Assembly: GCF_009914755.1 (NCBI RefSeq)
Contig: NC_060934.1
Length of the DNA: 64,000 nt
Source of the DNA: the human T2T-CHM13v2.0 reference genome, Homo sapiens
Direction: 5' to 3' (one strand)
Shown here: piece after piece, positions 32,355 through 46,024 of the stretch
How the letters are laid out: every line of letters begins with the position of its first letter
Numbering within the stretch: the stretch's first letter is position 1
Notes under the pieces: generated by a model
Database searches by the model: none
Seen by the model: the letters and a program-made list of their open reading frames with translations, nothing else
Told to the model about the DNA's origin: nothing
Made by a program: the position numbers and the translations under genes

Positions 32355-34086
32355 TTATGGGGAGAGTCTGGGTGGTGGGGACTGCCATTCCTGGAGTTGT
32401 CGGTATTCTTGGAGCAGCATCATATCCTGTATTGTTCCGTGGGTGAAGGCTCTAATACGGTCCTGTAAAAACTGGGTAAGGAAACATAAGAGACAAGGGC
32501 CAAATGCTAAAAGGAGGAAGAGGGTTATGGCAGGGCCTAGGAAGGGCAGTAGCCATTGTGCCCAGGAGTTACGAAACCACTGGGGCCAGGAGTCTGAAAG
32601 GTGCTGCCTGATTTCAAAAGCTTTTTCATTTATTCATCAGGTGGCATCTCACACTAGTCCTGACCAGTTAGTATAGAAACAGCACTCATCTCCTAAAAAG
32701 ATGCACAGTCCACCTTTCTTGGCAGTGAGGAGATCTAAACCTCAACAGTTTTGAAGTGTCACTGCTGCTAAAGAGTCTATTTGGGATTGGAGAGCAAGGA
32801 TGGATTCAGTTATATCTTGTAGGCTGTCTGAGAGATCTTTTGAGAGAGCGTGATAGTAGGACAGGGAAGTGGACAAGCCTGCTATCCTTGTTCCTGTTGC
32901 AGTGGTAATTCCTAGTCCTATAAGCAGGAGTATTAACTGTACGGCTCCACGCTGACAGACTTGAGCCTTAACAGGGACTGGTAAACTCTGATTTCCAGGG
33001 GCAATGTCAATTTTGGGGCTTAAGAAGACCAGGGTGCAGGTGCTGGTCCAATTGGCAGAGAAGCAGACATAGGTTGAGGTTCTGCACAAGAAAAATATGC
33101 CTTGGCTGGGCAGACAGAACTGGTTATGTTTATTGAAAAGGTGCGAGAGTATATTGTTTTCATTTTCCCACATGCCTGGAGTCCTTACTAAGGCAGCTCC
33201 AGTGAGTGACTGAAAAGGAGTTGCAGGGATAGTTTGAGTGGCTCCTTGTGTTTTATTTTCCCATTGGAGAAAGAATCGTTTTGTGTCTATTAGGAGCCAT
33301 TCAGAGGAGTAATTGAAAGAGGGTATAAGGAGGCATTCGGCAGGGAGGGAAGCCATGCTGCAAGGGGTCCATGGGTGAATGGTTATACAGTTCGTATATC
33401 TGCCATTACAAAATCCTGAATGTTTATTTAGTAAAGAGCTGGTAATGACCTTTGGGGGTCCTGAAAAACTGACAAGCCGTTTAAATTCGGCTGTTTGGGT
33501 GACCTTAAAATTTTGGTGGTCGTTTGGGACTTGAAGCTGTAAGGTATAGTTACATTGATGGGATGGTAGGTGACCTAAAGTCAGACCTGAGGACAGGTTG
33601 TGTTGGATACATATTAGGGCTTGAAAAGTTAGACTGGTGTCGGTGGTCACAGGGCCATGAATGGGCTTGTTATTACTTGTCTGTTGGGTAAGACTGGAGA
33701 TACAGGAGCGTAACAATTGTACTGTGTTCCCTGTCAGAGTGCTTTTTGTCATATCTGTGATAGAAAACTCGGCCAATAGCTGCATGTCTAAAAGTTGAAA
33801 GGGGCTTTTTCCTTCATAACGGGTGTGATAGGTTAATTAAGAACCCAGTTTTTTGAGTGAACGGGGGTGGCAACATAGGTGGTAGTTGATAGGACTGTGG
33901 GCAGAGCCCACAGTCTTTTGCTAGGATGGGGTTGGACTGGTTTAGCAGGGAGTGAGTTAGGTTAAGGGTCTTATAGAGGTAGTCGGGTACTATTGTAAGG
34001 GGAGATGTGGCTACGTGGGGCAGCCAAGGGAGTAGGAGAGGTAGACAGGCAAAGAGTGAGTAGGAAAGTAAATAAGTGCATTTCAT
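32355..34086 (-). pseudogene. HERV-F-type env, frameshifted after the signal peptide and stopped in the immunosuppressive domain; contains a 347-codon ORF (32742-33785)
   Basis: Signal peptide MKCTYLLSYSLFACLPLLLPW, CGLC (CWLC motif), FFLCRTSTYVC, fusion peptide [55 protein letters not shown]. Confidence 0.9.
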
Positions 34087-34272
34087 CTGAGGAAAAGTCA
34101 CATAGGGTGCCTTGGAAGAGAACGTCATCTATCCACTCTACAAGAGAGTCAAGATTGGGAGTTTGGGGATGAAACCAAGAGATGTCTTGGCAAACGGAGA
34201 TGAGGAAGAGGGTGAAACAGCAAGGTAGGCAAGAACAGGGCATTTAAGAAATCAGGAGTGTACTTATGATTG

Positions 34273-37200
34273 TCAGGAAGGGAAGGAGGAGTCTGGGTAT
34301 TGTTCAATGGTCTTCTTCAGGACAGGTGTGAGGCGGGGTTTGGTTGGGCCAAGGAGAGTACTGGAGAATCGACAGAGGATGGCAGTTGGTGGGTCGGTGG
34401 GTGCTTCGGGGGCTCTTTTTAATCTGGAAAGATGGTACCAAGAGATATGTCCTGAGAGTTTAGCTGCAGTGGGGGTATGAGAAGAACTTGAAAAGGGCCT
34501 TCCCACTTTGGTTTAAGGGTTGTTGGGTTAAGAGTTTTTAGCAAGACATGCTGTCCTGGAAGGAGATTCCGGTTGGGGGGCCTTCGTGGGGTTTTGGGAG
34601 GGCCTGGTCAGCTTGTTGGTGGAGGAGATGGTGGATGAGGGAGAGTGTTGGGAGGTATTCTCCTAGCTGAGAGTTAGAAGGGGGCCTGTTTTGTAAGAGG
34701 AAAGGCTGTCCATACATTAACTCAAATGGACTGAGGAACAAGGGTGCTTTTGGACTGGCTCTGATGCAGGCCAGTGCTATGGGCAAAAGGGAGGTCCATG
34801 GGTTTTGGACTTCAAGAATGAGTTTGGTCAACTAAGCTTTAAGGATCCCATTTGCCCTCTTGACTTTTCCAGATGACTGGGGCCAGTATGGGATATGAAG
34901 TCACCACTGGATGCTGAGGGACTGAGAAACCTGTTGGGTGATTTGGGAGATGAAGCTAGGGCTACTGTCTGATTGTATGGAGTGAGGGAGACCAAATCTA
35001 GGGATGATTTCTGTTATAAGAATTTGGGGGACATCTGCGGCCTTTTCTGGAAAGGTAGGAAATGCTTCTACCCACCCAGAGAAGGTATCTATAAGAGTAA
35101 GAAGAAATTTTGTCCTCTTGACGGGAGGCATGTGGGTGAAGTCTACTTGCCAGTCCTGCCCTGGGAGTGTTCCTCTGAGCTGATGTGTAGGAATAGGGGG
35201 AGAGCGGAGGGCCCCTTGGGAGGAAGTAACACAGCATATATGACAGTTTAAGGTTATGTCTTTTAGTGACGTGAATAGAAGGGGAGAGGAGAAATAAGGG
35301 CGATGGAGTAGGTACAGGGGTGCTCACCAATATGGAAGGATTGGTGAAGAGATGTCAGAATTTCTTTGGTTTGCTCTTGGGGGAGGATGAGCTTTTGATT
35401 TTTGACTATCCAGTCCCTTGAAAGGAGGCTCCTTGCTGTAGTAGCGAAGCTTTCTCAGTGAGAGAGTACTTGGGTTGGATTGCTGAGATAATGAGGAGGA
35501 GAGGGGGAGGGGCAGAAGAAAGGGAGGATTCTTTTGCTGCCTCATTGGCCTTTCTGTTCCCTCTTGAGATTTCATCTGATCCTGTTTGATGTCCTCGACA
35601 GTGTATAACTCCTGCTTTCGCTGGGAGGTGTGCAACCTGAAGGAGTTGGTAAATAAGGGGGCTGTTAGTGATGGGGGTTCCTTTGGCAGTAAGGAATCCT
35701 CTCTCTTGCCAGATGGAGGTGTGGGAATGACGAATGTGATAGGCATATTTGGAGTCTGTATAAATGTTGACTCATTTGCCTTTGGAAAGGGTTAGAGCCC
35801 TGGTGAGAGCTATGAGTTCTGCCTTTTGGGAGGAGGTTCCTGGGGGTAGGGGCTTGGCTTCAATTACTTGTCAAGGGAAACAAATGTATATCCAGCAATT
35901 TTGGGGGAGCTGGTGGGCCCAGAAGAGGAGCCATCTATGAATAGTTGTTCATCAAGGCTGGTGAGAGACTCGGAGGAAATGTTTGGGAAATGTAGCTGTA
36001 CATGGTCCAGAATGTCAGTGCAAGAATGAGTAGGAGGGGAAGAGAATACAGGGAGTAAGGATGCTGGGTTCAGGGGAGCACTTTTGGCAAGACTGGATTC
36101 GGGATTTTCGATAAAGAGGGCATGGAGTAATTGAATCCAGGAAGGAGGAAGGGAGCTTAGTGCTCGGGAGGAGAGGCGATCTTGTAGATTATGAGGACTG
36201 TGGATGGTGGTATTCTGGCTGAAAGTTAGTTTCCTGCTTTCTAGAGCTAAAACGGTAACTGCTGCTAGTGCTTTAAGGCAGGTTGGCCACCCTTTGACTG
36301 TGTTATCTAGTTGTTTAGAGAGGTAAGCTACAGGGGCAAAGGAAGGATTTCCTTTCTGTTGTGCTAAGACACCGAGGGCTATTCCTTGGCTTTCGGCAGT
36401 ATAGAGAGTGAAAGGTTGGGAGATATCAGGTAAGGACAGAGCTGATGCAGTGACAAGAGCAGTTTGGAGTTTGCGAAAGCTGGGGTGTATGTTATGTGTG
36501 GGGTTTAGGGGTTCATTGAGAGGGCCTTTGGCCACTTCATAGAGGACATCAACTAGGAGGACAAAGTTGGAAATCCATATTCTGAAGAAGCCTGCTAGCC
36601 CTAGGAAGGAAAGGATTTCGCTTTTGGAGGAGGATGGGGGTAGATTATCTATTAATGCTGCCCCAGCTGGAGTCATAACCCAGGCCCCAGGGGAAAGTTG
36701 AATTCCTAAGTAGGTCACCATGGAGGTGGAGAGTTAGTTGGGCCTTGGAGGGGGAGACCCTATACCTTTTGATAGTGAGAAAGTTTAAGAGAGTGGCCGT
36801 GTGAATTTGAGAGTCTCTTAGAGAGAGGCTGCAAAGAAGAAGGTCTTCCACGTATTAAACAAGAAGACTGGGAGACAGGTTTAAGGAGGTGAGGCCTCAG
36901 ACTAGAGCTTGTCGGAAGAAATGAGGGCTATCCCTGAAGCCCTGAGGAAGGACAGTCCATGTGAGTTGTTGTAACTGGAGGGTGTCAGGGTCAGTCCAGG
37001 TGAAATCAAATAGGTTTGGGGCATCAGGGTGTAGGGGAATGGTAAAGAAGGCATCCTTCAGGTCAATTGTGGTGTAGTGGGTGGTGTTGGTGGGGACAAG
37101 AGAGAGAAGTGTATAGGGGCTAGGGACTATGGGATGGATAGGGAGGACAGCCTGATTGATGGCTCAGAGGTCCTGAACGAGTTGGTATGAGCCATCAGAT

Positions 37201-37990
37201 TTTTTTTTTCTTTTGAGACAAAGTCTTGCTCTGTCACCCAGGCTGGAGTGCAGTGATGTGATCTTGGCTCACTGCAACCTCCACCTCCCCGGTTAAAGCA
37301 ATTCTCCTGCCTCAGCCTCCTGAGTAGCTGGGATTACAGGTGCATGCCACCATGCCTGGCTAATTTTTTTCTATTTTTAGTAGAGACGGGGTTTCACCAT
37401 GTTGGCCAGACTGGTCTCGAACTCCTGTCCTCAGGCAATCCACCTGCCTTGGCCTCCCAAAGTGCTGGGATTACAGGCGTGAGCCACTGCGCCTGGCCCA
37501 GAGCCATCATATTTTTTAACAGGGAGGATGGGGGTGTTATATGGAGAGTGTGTCGGTCTAAGAAGAGTGCATAAGCAGAGCTTGTTTATGATGGGTTGTA
37601 GGCCTTTTTGGTGAGTTAGGCAGATTGGGTATTGGCGAACATTGAGAAATTTGGAGGGGTCTTTTAACTGGATTTTGATGGGGTCATGGTGAGCAGCTAT
37701 GGAAGGGATGGTGGTGTCCCACACTACTGGGTTAAAGAGAGAGGCGGGAAGTGGTACTGGGGAGAGGGATCAGAGGCTGGACTAGTGGAGAGGAGCAGGA
37801 GGGACTCTGCTTGAGGGGAGCAGGAAAAGGTGATAGAAGCTTTGAATTTGGCTAAAAGGTCTTGGCCTAGAATGGGGGTGGGGCAACGAGGCATGATAAG
37901 GAAAGAGTGTGAGAAAACGGTATCAAACAGGGAACAAGTAGGAGGTCTGCTGGTGCATGGACGTCAGATGAGTCCATCAACCCCCACAAC
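34273..37990 (-). pseudogene. HERV-F-type pro-pol (protease C-terminus, RT, RNase H, integrase), disrupted; Alu at 37200-37498
   Basis: [36 protein letters not shown] (from YVDD), VAYLSKQLD, FIDGSS, DTFSGWVEAFPT, IIPRFGLPHSIQSD. Confidence 0.9.
37200..37498 (-). mobile_element. AluS in HERV-F RT
   Basis: TSD GAGCCATCA(G/T)AT. Confidence 0.94.
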
Positions 37991-38783
37991 TAAGACTTGA
38001 TGTTGGTAGAGTTGCTGAGGCAGGACTGGCTTGTCTGTCATAATATAAAAGAGTATTGGAAGATGTCCGGGGTCCGGGTCTAAAACCCCTTGTGGCCTTT
38101 GGAACACCAAGCTCTGTGCCAAAGGGTGGAAGGCTGCCCTGCCGCACCACAAATTTAAGCCCAGGGCATAAAACTCCTCATGACTTGGATGGAATCCAGG
38201 GCTCAGGGCATACAACCCCTCGTAGCCTCTGGAATGTGCACAGACTTGTTGGTTGCTCTCCCAGGCTCATAAACATGTTCTCCATTATCTCAAGCAGCAG
38301 AGCATATTCATATGTGTCAAAGAAAATGCTAAAGTGTCACAGCTACGCTTGATGCACCGCTACCTTTCTACCCCCATATCCGCATGTCCTCACCACCTGC
38401 TTCTTTGTTTGATCACCAATAAATAGTGTGGGTTCCCAGAGCTCGGGTGCTTCACAGCCTCCATACCAGCATTGGCCCCCTGGACCCACCTTATGCACTC
38501 TTAACTTGTCTTTTCTCATTCATTTGACTCTGCCAGACTTCGTAGCCCCCATGGCCTAGTGTTGGGTCTGATCACCCTAACATTTCTGGCGCCCAACATG
38601 GGGCTATGAAGACCCTGGTGAAGGAACACTAGAGCATGTGGAAGCAGAGGACACATTGTCAGAGGACACCCGAGGATGACTGAAAGAAGCTCGGCAGGTA
38701 AGCTGGGCACTCGTAAGAACCAGGGTAACAATGGGACAGAATGAAAGTAAACATTCTGCTTATTTACATTTCTTTTTTTTGTG

Positions 38784-40034
<1,251 letters not shown>

Positions 40035-41544
40035 TTAGTTATTTAAATTTCTTAAGGCATTTATTATGGAAAGGGGGAGTGAAAGTTAGTACTCAGAATT
40101 TATTAACACTCTTTAGTACAGTAGAGCAGTTTGCCCATGGTTCCCAGAACAAGGGACAATGGGGTTGGATGAATGGGAAAGAATTGGCAGAGATTTTAAA
40201 AAGGTGCATAAAGAAGGAGCCAAAATTCCAGTTTCTGTTTGGTCAGTGTGAGCATTGATAAAGGCAGCTCTTGAGCCATTTCAAACAATGACAAGACAGA
40301 TTCAGATGAGGAAGAGGCAGACAAGTGTAAAAAATTAACTTCAGATTCTGAATGTGAGGAACAGGAACCAGAGGAAATTAAATAAAAGAGAGGGAAACTG
40401 AAAAAGGTACATTTCACTAGCCTGTCGGTTCCACCTGCTGAATTAAGTGAATGGCCACCTCCTCCCTCTCCCCTTAATGGACAAGAACATGAACTAGCTA
40501 AAAAACTAAAAAACTGCTCCTGTAGTTGCAACATTAAAACCTGGAGCTATTGGTGGCGCTATACAAAATTCTATTCAAAAGGCTAGAGCCGAGGGAGACC
40601 TTGAAGTATGGCAATTTCCAGTTACTATAACCCAGCAAGGAGGGCAGAATATAGCTAATTGGGCCACTTTTCCTTTTAAGTTGTTAAAGGAATTCAAGCG
40701 GAAGCCATTAGTCAATATGGGCCAAATTCTCCTTTTGTACAAACTTTACTAAAAAATGTGGCTCTTGATAATAGATTAATACCATATGACTGGGATACTT
40801 TAACAAAACCTGTTCTCACTCCGTCCCAGTACATGCAGTTTAAAACTTGGTGGGCCGATGAAGCTCAAACTCAAGCAAGAGAAAACACACAAGCACAGCC
40901 GCCTGTGCCTGTTTCCTTTGAACAGTTAATGGGGTTGGGCCCTAATTGGGGCCGACTAGACAATCAAGCAGTAATGAAAAACGTTGCCATTGTTCAGTTA
41001 CACACTGTGTGTTTATGGGCATGGAAAAAAAATAAATGTTATGGGGAAAAAATATCCTTCTTTCAGTTCTGTCTGACAAGGACCTAAAGAATCATATACT
41101 GACTTTATTGCTCGGCTCCAAGAGGCTGTGCGTAAAGCCATAACTGATGAAATAGCTCAAGATGTGGTAATACAACTCCTTGCATATGATAATGCCAATA
41201 CAGAGTGTCAAAATGCTATTAGACCTATGAGAGGGAAGGCTCATTTGGCTGAATATATTAAGGCTTCTGATGGCATTGGAGGTAACTTAAATAAGGCTAC
41301 TCTTTTAGCCCAAGCTATGGCTGGACTAAAGGTGGGAAAAAATATGCCCCGTTTCTCAGGCTCTTGTTTTAATTGTGGGCAATTTGGACACACAAAAAAG
41401 GAATGTAGAAAAGAAAATCAAAAGGCAAAAACTATTACCATCAATCAACAGAAAAGTCCTGGCGTATGCCCCTGATGTAAGAAGGGCAATCACTGGGCAA
41501 ATCGGTGTCATTCTAAATTTAGCAAAGATGGGCAACCTTTTTTT

Positions 41545-42467
41545 GGGAAACGGGAAGAGGGGCCCACCTCGGGCCCCTCAACAAACCAAGGTATATCTGG
41601 CACATTCAGTGCCCTTACAAATGTACAACAGTTGTCCCCTGCCACAGCAGGCAGTGTTGCTGTAGATCTTTGCAGCACAGTTCCCATTTCCCTACTTCCT
41701 GGGGAGCCACCAAAGAAGGTCCCCATGGGAGTCAGGGGCCCTTTACCCTCAGAACAGTTGGTCTATTGCTAGGAAGGTCTAGTTTAAATTTTAGAGGTGT
41801 CACTATGCATGTAGGAATAATTGATTCTGATTATACCAGAGAGATTCAATTAGTTGCTAGTTCCTCAATTCCATGGTCTGCTTCCTCAGGAGAAAGAATC
41901 GCTCAGTTGTTACTGTTACCTTATGCAAAACTGGGACGCAGCATAGTAAAAAGAATGGGAGGCTTTGGTAGTATGAATCCAGCAGGAAAAGCTGTATATT
42001 GGGTTAATCAAGTGTCTGATAAGAGACCTATTTGTACAGTAACCATTCAAGGAAAGAACTTTGAAGGGCTAGTAGATAACTGGAGCTGATGTTTCTATAT
42101 TGGTTTGAATCAATGGCCCCAGCATTGGCCTAAGCAAAAGGCATCCATTGGTATTGTTGGAGTAGGGGCTGCCTCAGAAGTTTTTCAAAGTTCTTTAATT
42201 TTGCCATGCCAAGGGCCAGATGGCCAAGAAGGGACAATTCAACCTATTACACCTATTCCTGTCGATCTATGGGGTAGAGACTTATTACAACAATGGGGTG
42301 CTGAAATACCTATTCCTATTGATCAGTATAGTATTAACGGTAAACAAATGATGAGAAAAATGGGATATCTCCCAGGGAAGGGACTAGGAAAAAATGAAAA
42401 TGGCCAACCAGAACATTTAGAACTAAAAGGACAAACAGATCAAACTGGATTAGGGTATCATTTTTAG
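41545..42467 (+). pseudogene. HML pro (dUTPase, aspartic protease, G-patch) with gag-pro -1 slippery site GGGAAAC at 41545
   Basis: GRSSLN...GIIDSDY...GERIAQLLLLPY...RMGGFGS; frameshifted LVDTGAD; MMRKMGYLPGKGLGK; GC stem ggggccc...gggcccc after the slippery site. Confidence 0.88.
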
Positions 42468-44235
42468 GAACGGCCATTGCTGAGCCTCCGGCTCCCATTC
42501 CTCTTGTTTGGTTAACTGCTAAACCAGTTTGGGTGGAGCAATGGCCACTGAAACAGGAAAAACTGGAGGCTTTAAAATAATTGGTACAGAAACAATTACA
42601 AAAGGGACACACAGAGCCTACTCTCTCTCCTTGGAATTCTCCTGTGTTTGTTATTAAGAAAAAATCCCAGAAATGGAGAATGTTAACAGATTTGAGGGCC
42701 GTTAATGCTGTCATTCTACCCATGGGTGCACTGCAACCAGAGCTGCCCTCCCCAACTATGATTCCTAAATCCTGGCCTCTAATAGTGATAAATTTAAAAG
42801 ATTGCTTCTTTACCATTCCTTTAGCTACCCAAGATTAGGAAAAATTTGCTTTTACTGTTCCCGCTATAAATAACAAAGAACCAGCAGACAAATACCATTG
42901 GAAAGTATTACTATTTGTCAAACTTATGTCAGAAAAGGTATTAAGCCAGCTAGAGAACAATTCAATAAATGTTATATTATCCATTACATGGATGATATTT
43001 TATGTGCAGCTGAAACTAGGGAGGAAAAGGCTGTAACAGCAGCAAGGTTAATCATAGCCCCTGATAAAATCCAAACTTCTACTCCCTTTCAGTATTTAGG
43101 AATGAAAGTAGAACAAAGTACTATTAAGCCTCAAAACATTCAAATTAGAAGAGATAATTTAAAACCTCTAATGATTTTCAAAAATTATTAGGAGACATTA
43201 ATTGGATTCATCCCACTTTAGGCAGTCCTACTTATGTTATGTCTCACCTCTTTTCTACCTTACGAGGTGATTCTAACTTAAACAGTAAACACTCCCTGTC
43301 CAAGGAGGCATTAGAGAAACTTCAATTAATTGAAGAAAAATTTCCACAGGCACAAGTGACTCGAGTTGACCCATTGCAGTCATTACAGTTTTTAGTTTTT
43401 CCTACTAAACATTCACGTACAGGAATTATTGTTCAACAGAATGATCTGGTTGAGCGGCTTTTTGTACCTCACAATACAACCAAAACGCTTACTCTGTACT
43501 TAGATCAAGTTGCTGTATTAATGTAGTGTGCAAGGCTGTGCACAACAAAGTTAATGGGATATGATCCAAATCAAATTATACTTCCATTAAACAAACAACA
43601 AATTCAGCAAGCTTATATTAATTCCCAGGAATGGCAAATTAATTTGGCAGGTTTTATTGGCATTCTTGGTAATCATTATCCTAAATCCAAAATATTCCAA
43701 TTTCTTAAATTAATATCATGGATATTGCCTTCCATTACTCAAAAAGCCCCTATTGAAGGGGCCATTACTGTTTTTACTGATGGATCTAGTAATGGAAAGG
43801 CCTCATTTGTGGGACCTCAACAACAAGTTTTTCAAACTGACTTTGCTTCTGCTCAAAATGCTGAACTTATGGCTGTGATAACAGTGTTAAAAACTTTTAA
43901 ACAGCCAATAAACACTGTTTCTGATTCAGCCTATGTAGTGCAAGCCACACAAAATATTGAATGTGCCTTAATTCAAAATGTGACTAATGACCAACTTAAT
44001 CTTTTATTTCATTCTTTACAGCAAGCAGTACAACAAAGGCATTCCCCTTTCTATGTCACTCATATGAGAGTGACATAGCCCTTTAAATTTAATCAAAGGG
44101 TGGATAATTATATGGGGAATAGGATTTGCTTGTGTCTCTCAGGTAACAATCAGGTGCCTGTATGAGTGCCCACCAAACATCTGAAAATCTATCATGAGCT
44201 ACAGCAGGAAGAGAGGACTCTGGGAAGAGTCCTCT
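42468..44235 (+). pseudogene. HML pol (RT, RNase H, integrase C-terminal scrap)
   Basis: [50 protein letters not shown]; integrase core missing. Confidence 0.88.
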
Positions 44236-44244
44236 GAAGAGTCC

Positions 44245-44359
44245 AGAGACGTGGTTTCACGGTGTTAGCCAGGATGGTCTCGATTTCCTGACCTCGTGAT
44301 CCGCCCACCTCGACCTCCCAAAGTTTTGGGATTACAGGTGTGAGCCATAGCGCCTGGCC
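44245..44359 (-). mobile_element. Alu left arm only (right arm deleted)
   Basis: agagacgtggtttcac...agcgcctggcc; no tail or TSD. Confidence 0.9.
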
Positions 44360-45361
44360 ATTACCCGGCAGCTTTGTTAAGGCCTGCAATGAGGCAAGTA
44401 ATCATATAGTTACAGACGCCCAGCTGGGGTCTGTGGGTTGGTACTCCCAGGAAGGCTCTTCCTGGGGAACAGCAGTGGCTCCTATGGGCTTAGCAGGATC
44501 TTGCCCATGAAGATCGTCAGTGTGTGCCTGTGCTACAAGCCACACTCTTTCCTTCTCTTCTGGAAGGAGAGTATAGAAGAGAGGATAATGTAGAGATCAT
44601 GCCAAGTGAGTTCATAAGATTGGGTAAGATATTTAAATTCTTTGATATAAGTATCAGGATCGGAGGAGAAGGACCTGAGACGTTTTTCAATCTGTGAGAG
44701 ATTGGAGAGGGAGAAAGGGAAATGGACACGGATGATCCCCTTGCTCCTGCTACTTCCCAGAGAGGAAGCAAGGGAACTGGTTGCTGAGTATGTTGGGCCC
44801 AAGAGCGGGTGAGGGGTGGAGATGGAGAGGACTCAGAGTCAGAAGCGGGGTGGTTGGAGAGAGGGGGACAGATGGGTAGAGCCAGAGCAGGGACATACCG
44901 TGAAGAATCATGATGCTCTGGTGGAGGATCAAGATGCTGTCAGGGAGGGGCAAAATTGGCGGGGTCAAAGAAAGAGGAGTTGTCGGCTGGGGCTGTTGCG
45001 GGGGTGGTGGGAGACGGGGGTGGTGGGAGACAAGTCTGGTGAGTAGGATTTGGAAAGTGGAGCAGTACTGGCAGAGGGAAGGGCGGTTACGGAGAGTGAA
45101 GAAAGCCTGAACATAAGGAATCTCAGACCATTTCCCACTGCGATGGCAAAAGTCGTCTAAGTCTCTAAGTATATTGAAATCAAAAGTGCCATTTTCAGGC
45201 CATTGGGAGCCATTGTCCAATTGGTATTGAGGCCAAGTGGTATTGCAGTAAAAGATAAGTCTCTTAGAACGGACCTCTGAATGGAGGCTGAGAGCCTTGA
45301 GATTGCAGAGGAGACAGCCAAGGCGGGTGGTCTTGGGATGGGTAGACTGAGAGGCTCCCAT
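44360..45361 (-). pseudogene. HERV-F-type gag (matrix to partial capsid), 3'-deleted
   Basis: MGASQS...LIFYCNTTWPQYQLDNGSQWPENGTFDFNILRDL...KWSEIPYVQAFF; RVHFPFSLSNLSQIEKRLRSFSSDPDTYIKEFKYLTQSYELTWHD. Confidence 0.9.
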
Positions 45362-45605
45362 AGTGAATGGAGGGTGGGGGGTAGAGGAAGAAGAGACTGC
45401 AGATGACAAGGATGGCGAGAGAGGGTGTCCCCTGTCCTGCAGGCCTTGTCTGGAATAGAGGCAGCCACCGAGTCAGGTGTCCTTCAGGTCTCCTCTATTC
45501 TGGACAAGGCCCTTGGGTGAGGGGTGATAGGAGAGAGAGAGGGGAGGGGGGAGAGGGAGAGAGAGAGAGACACCTCTAAGGACACGCAGCCAGAGCCTGT
45601 CCCCT

Positions 45606-45623
45606 TCCTGGGTTTCGGCACCA
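45606..45623 (-). other. Primer-binding site, tRNA-Phe
   Basis: TGGTGCCGAAACCCAGGA, 17/18 match to TGGTGCCGAAACCCGGGA. Confidence 0.92.
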
Positions 45624-45626
45624 AAA

Positions 45627-46024
45627 TGTAACGTTAGCTGAGAGAAAGGACAAGAGAGAGACCCAAAGTTAGGCGAGTAAGTTTATCCTGCCGGGCTGCT
45701 CCACCACAGTCAGAGGAGGCAGCCCTGGAGCTTATAAAATGAGGGGTTCATATGGGGGAGAGAGACCCTGGGGTTGTCGGTTAACTTTACCACATATCAT
45801 CTCGTGACCGCTTACAATATAGGAATTTAGAAGAGGGTGTAACTTAAGTTTATCCACATTTCTCGTGACCTTCCCCATGCTGCCTGTTGGGCTGTAAGCA
45901 AGTCTGGTGACCTTGCTGTAGCACCTAGATAAGGGTCCAGGAATGCAGCTTCGGAGTATTCAGGGTAAGGGTCAGCTGCATTGTGTGTGGGGCGGGGGGT
46001 TCCTGGGGCAACTTGTCCCTAACA
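45627..46024 (-). promoter_or_regulatory. 5' LTR of HERV-F provirus
   Basis: TGTTAGGGACAAG...CGTTACA; polyA and TATA positions mutated relative to the 3' LTR. Confidence 0.88.

Noticed and set aside
32355-34086. Intact syncytin-like env gene
   Set aside because: Signal peptide out of frame, furin site lost, stops in the immunosuppressive domain and TM
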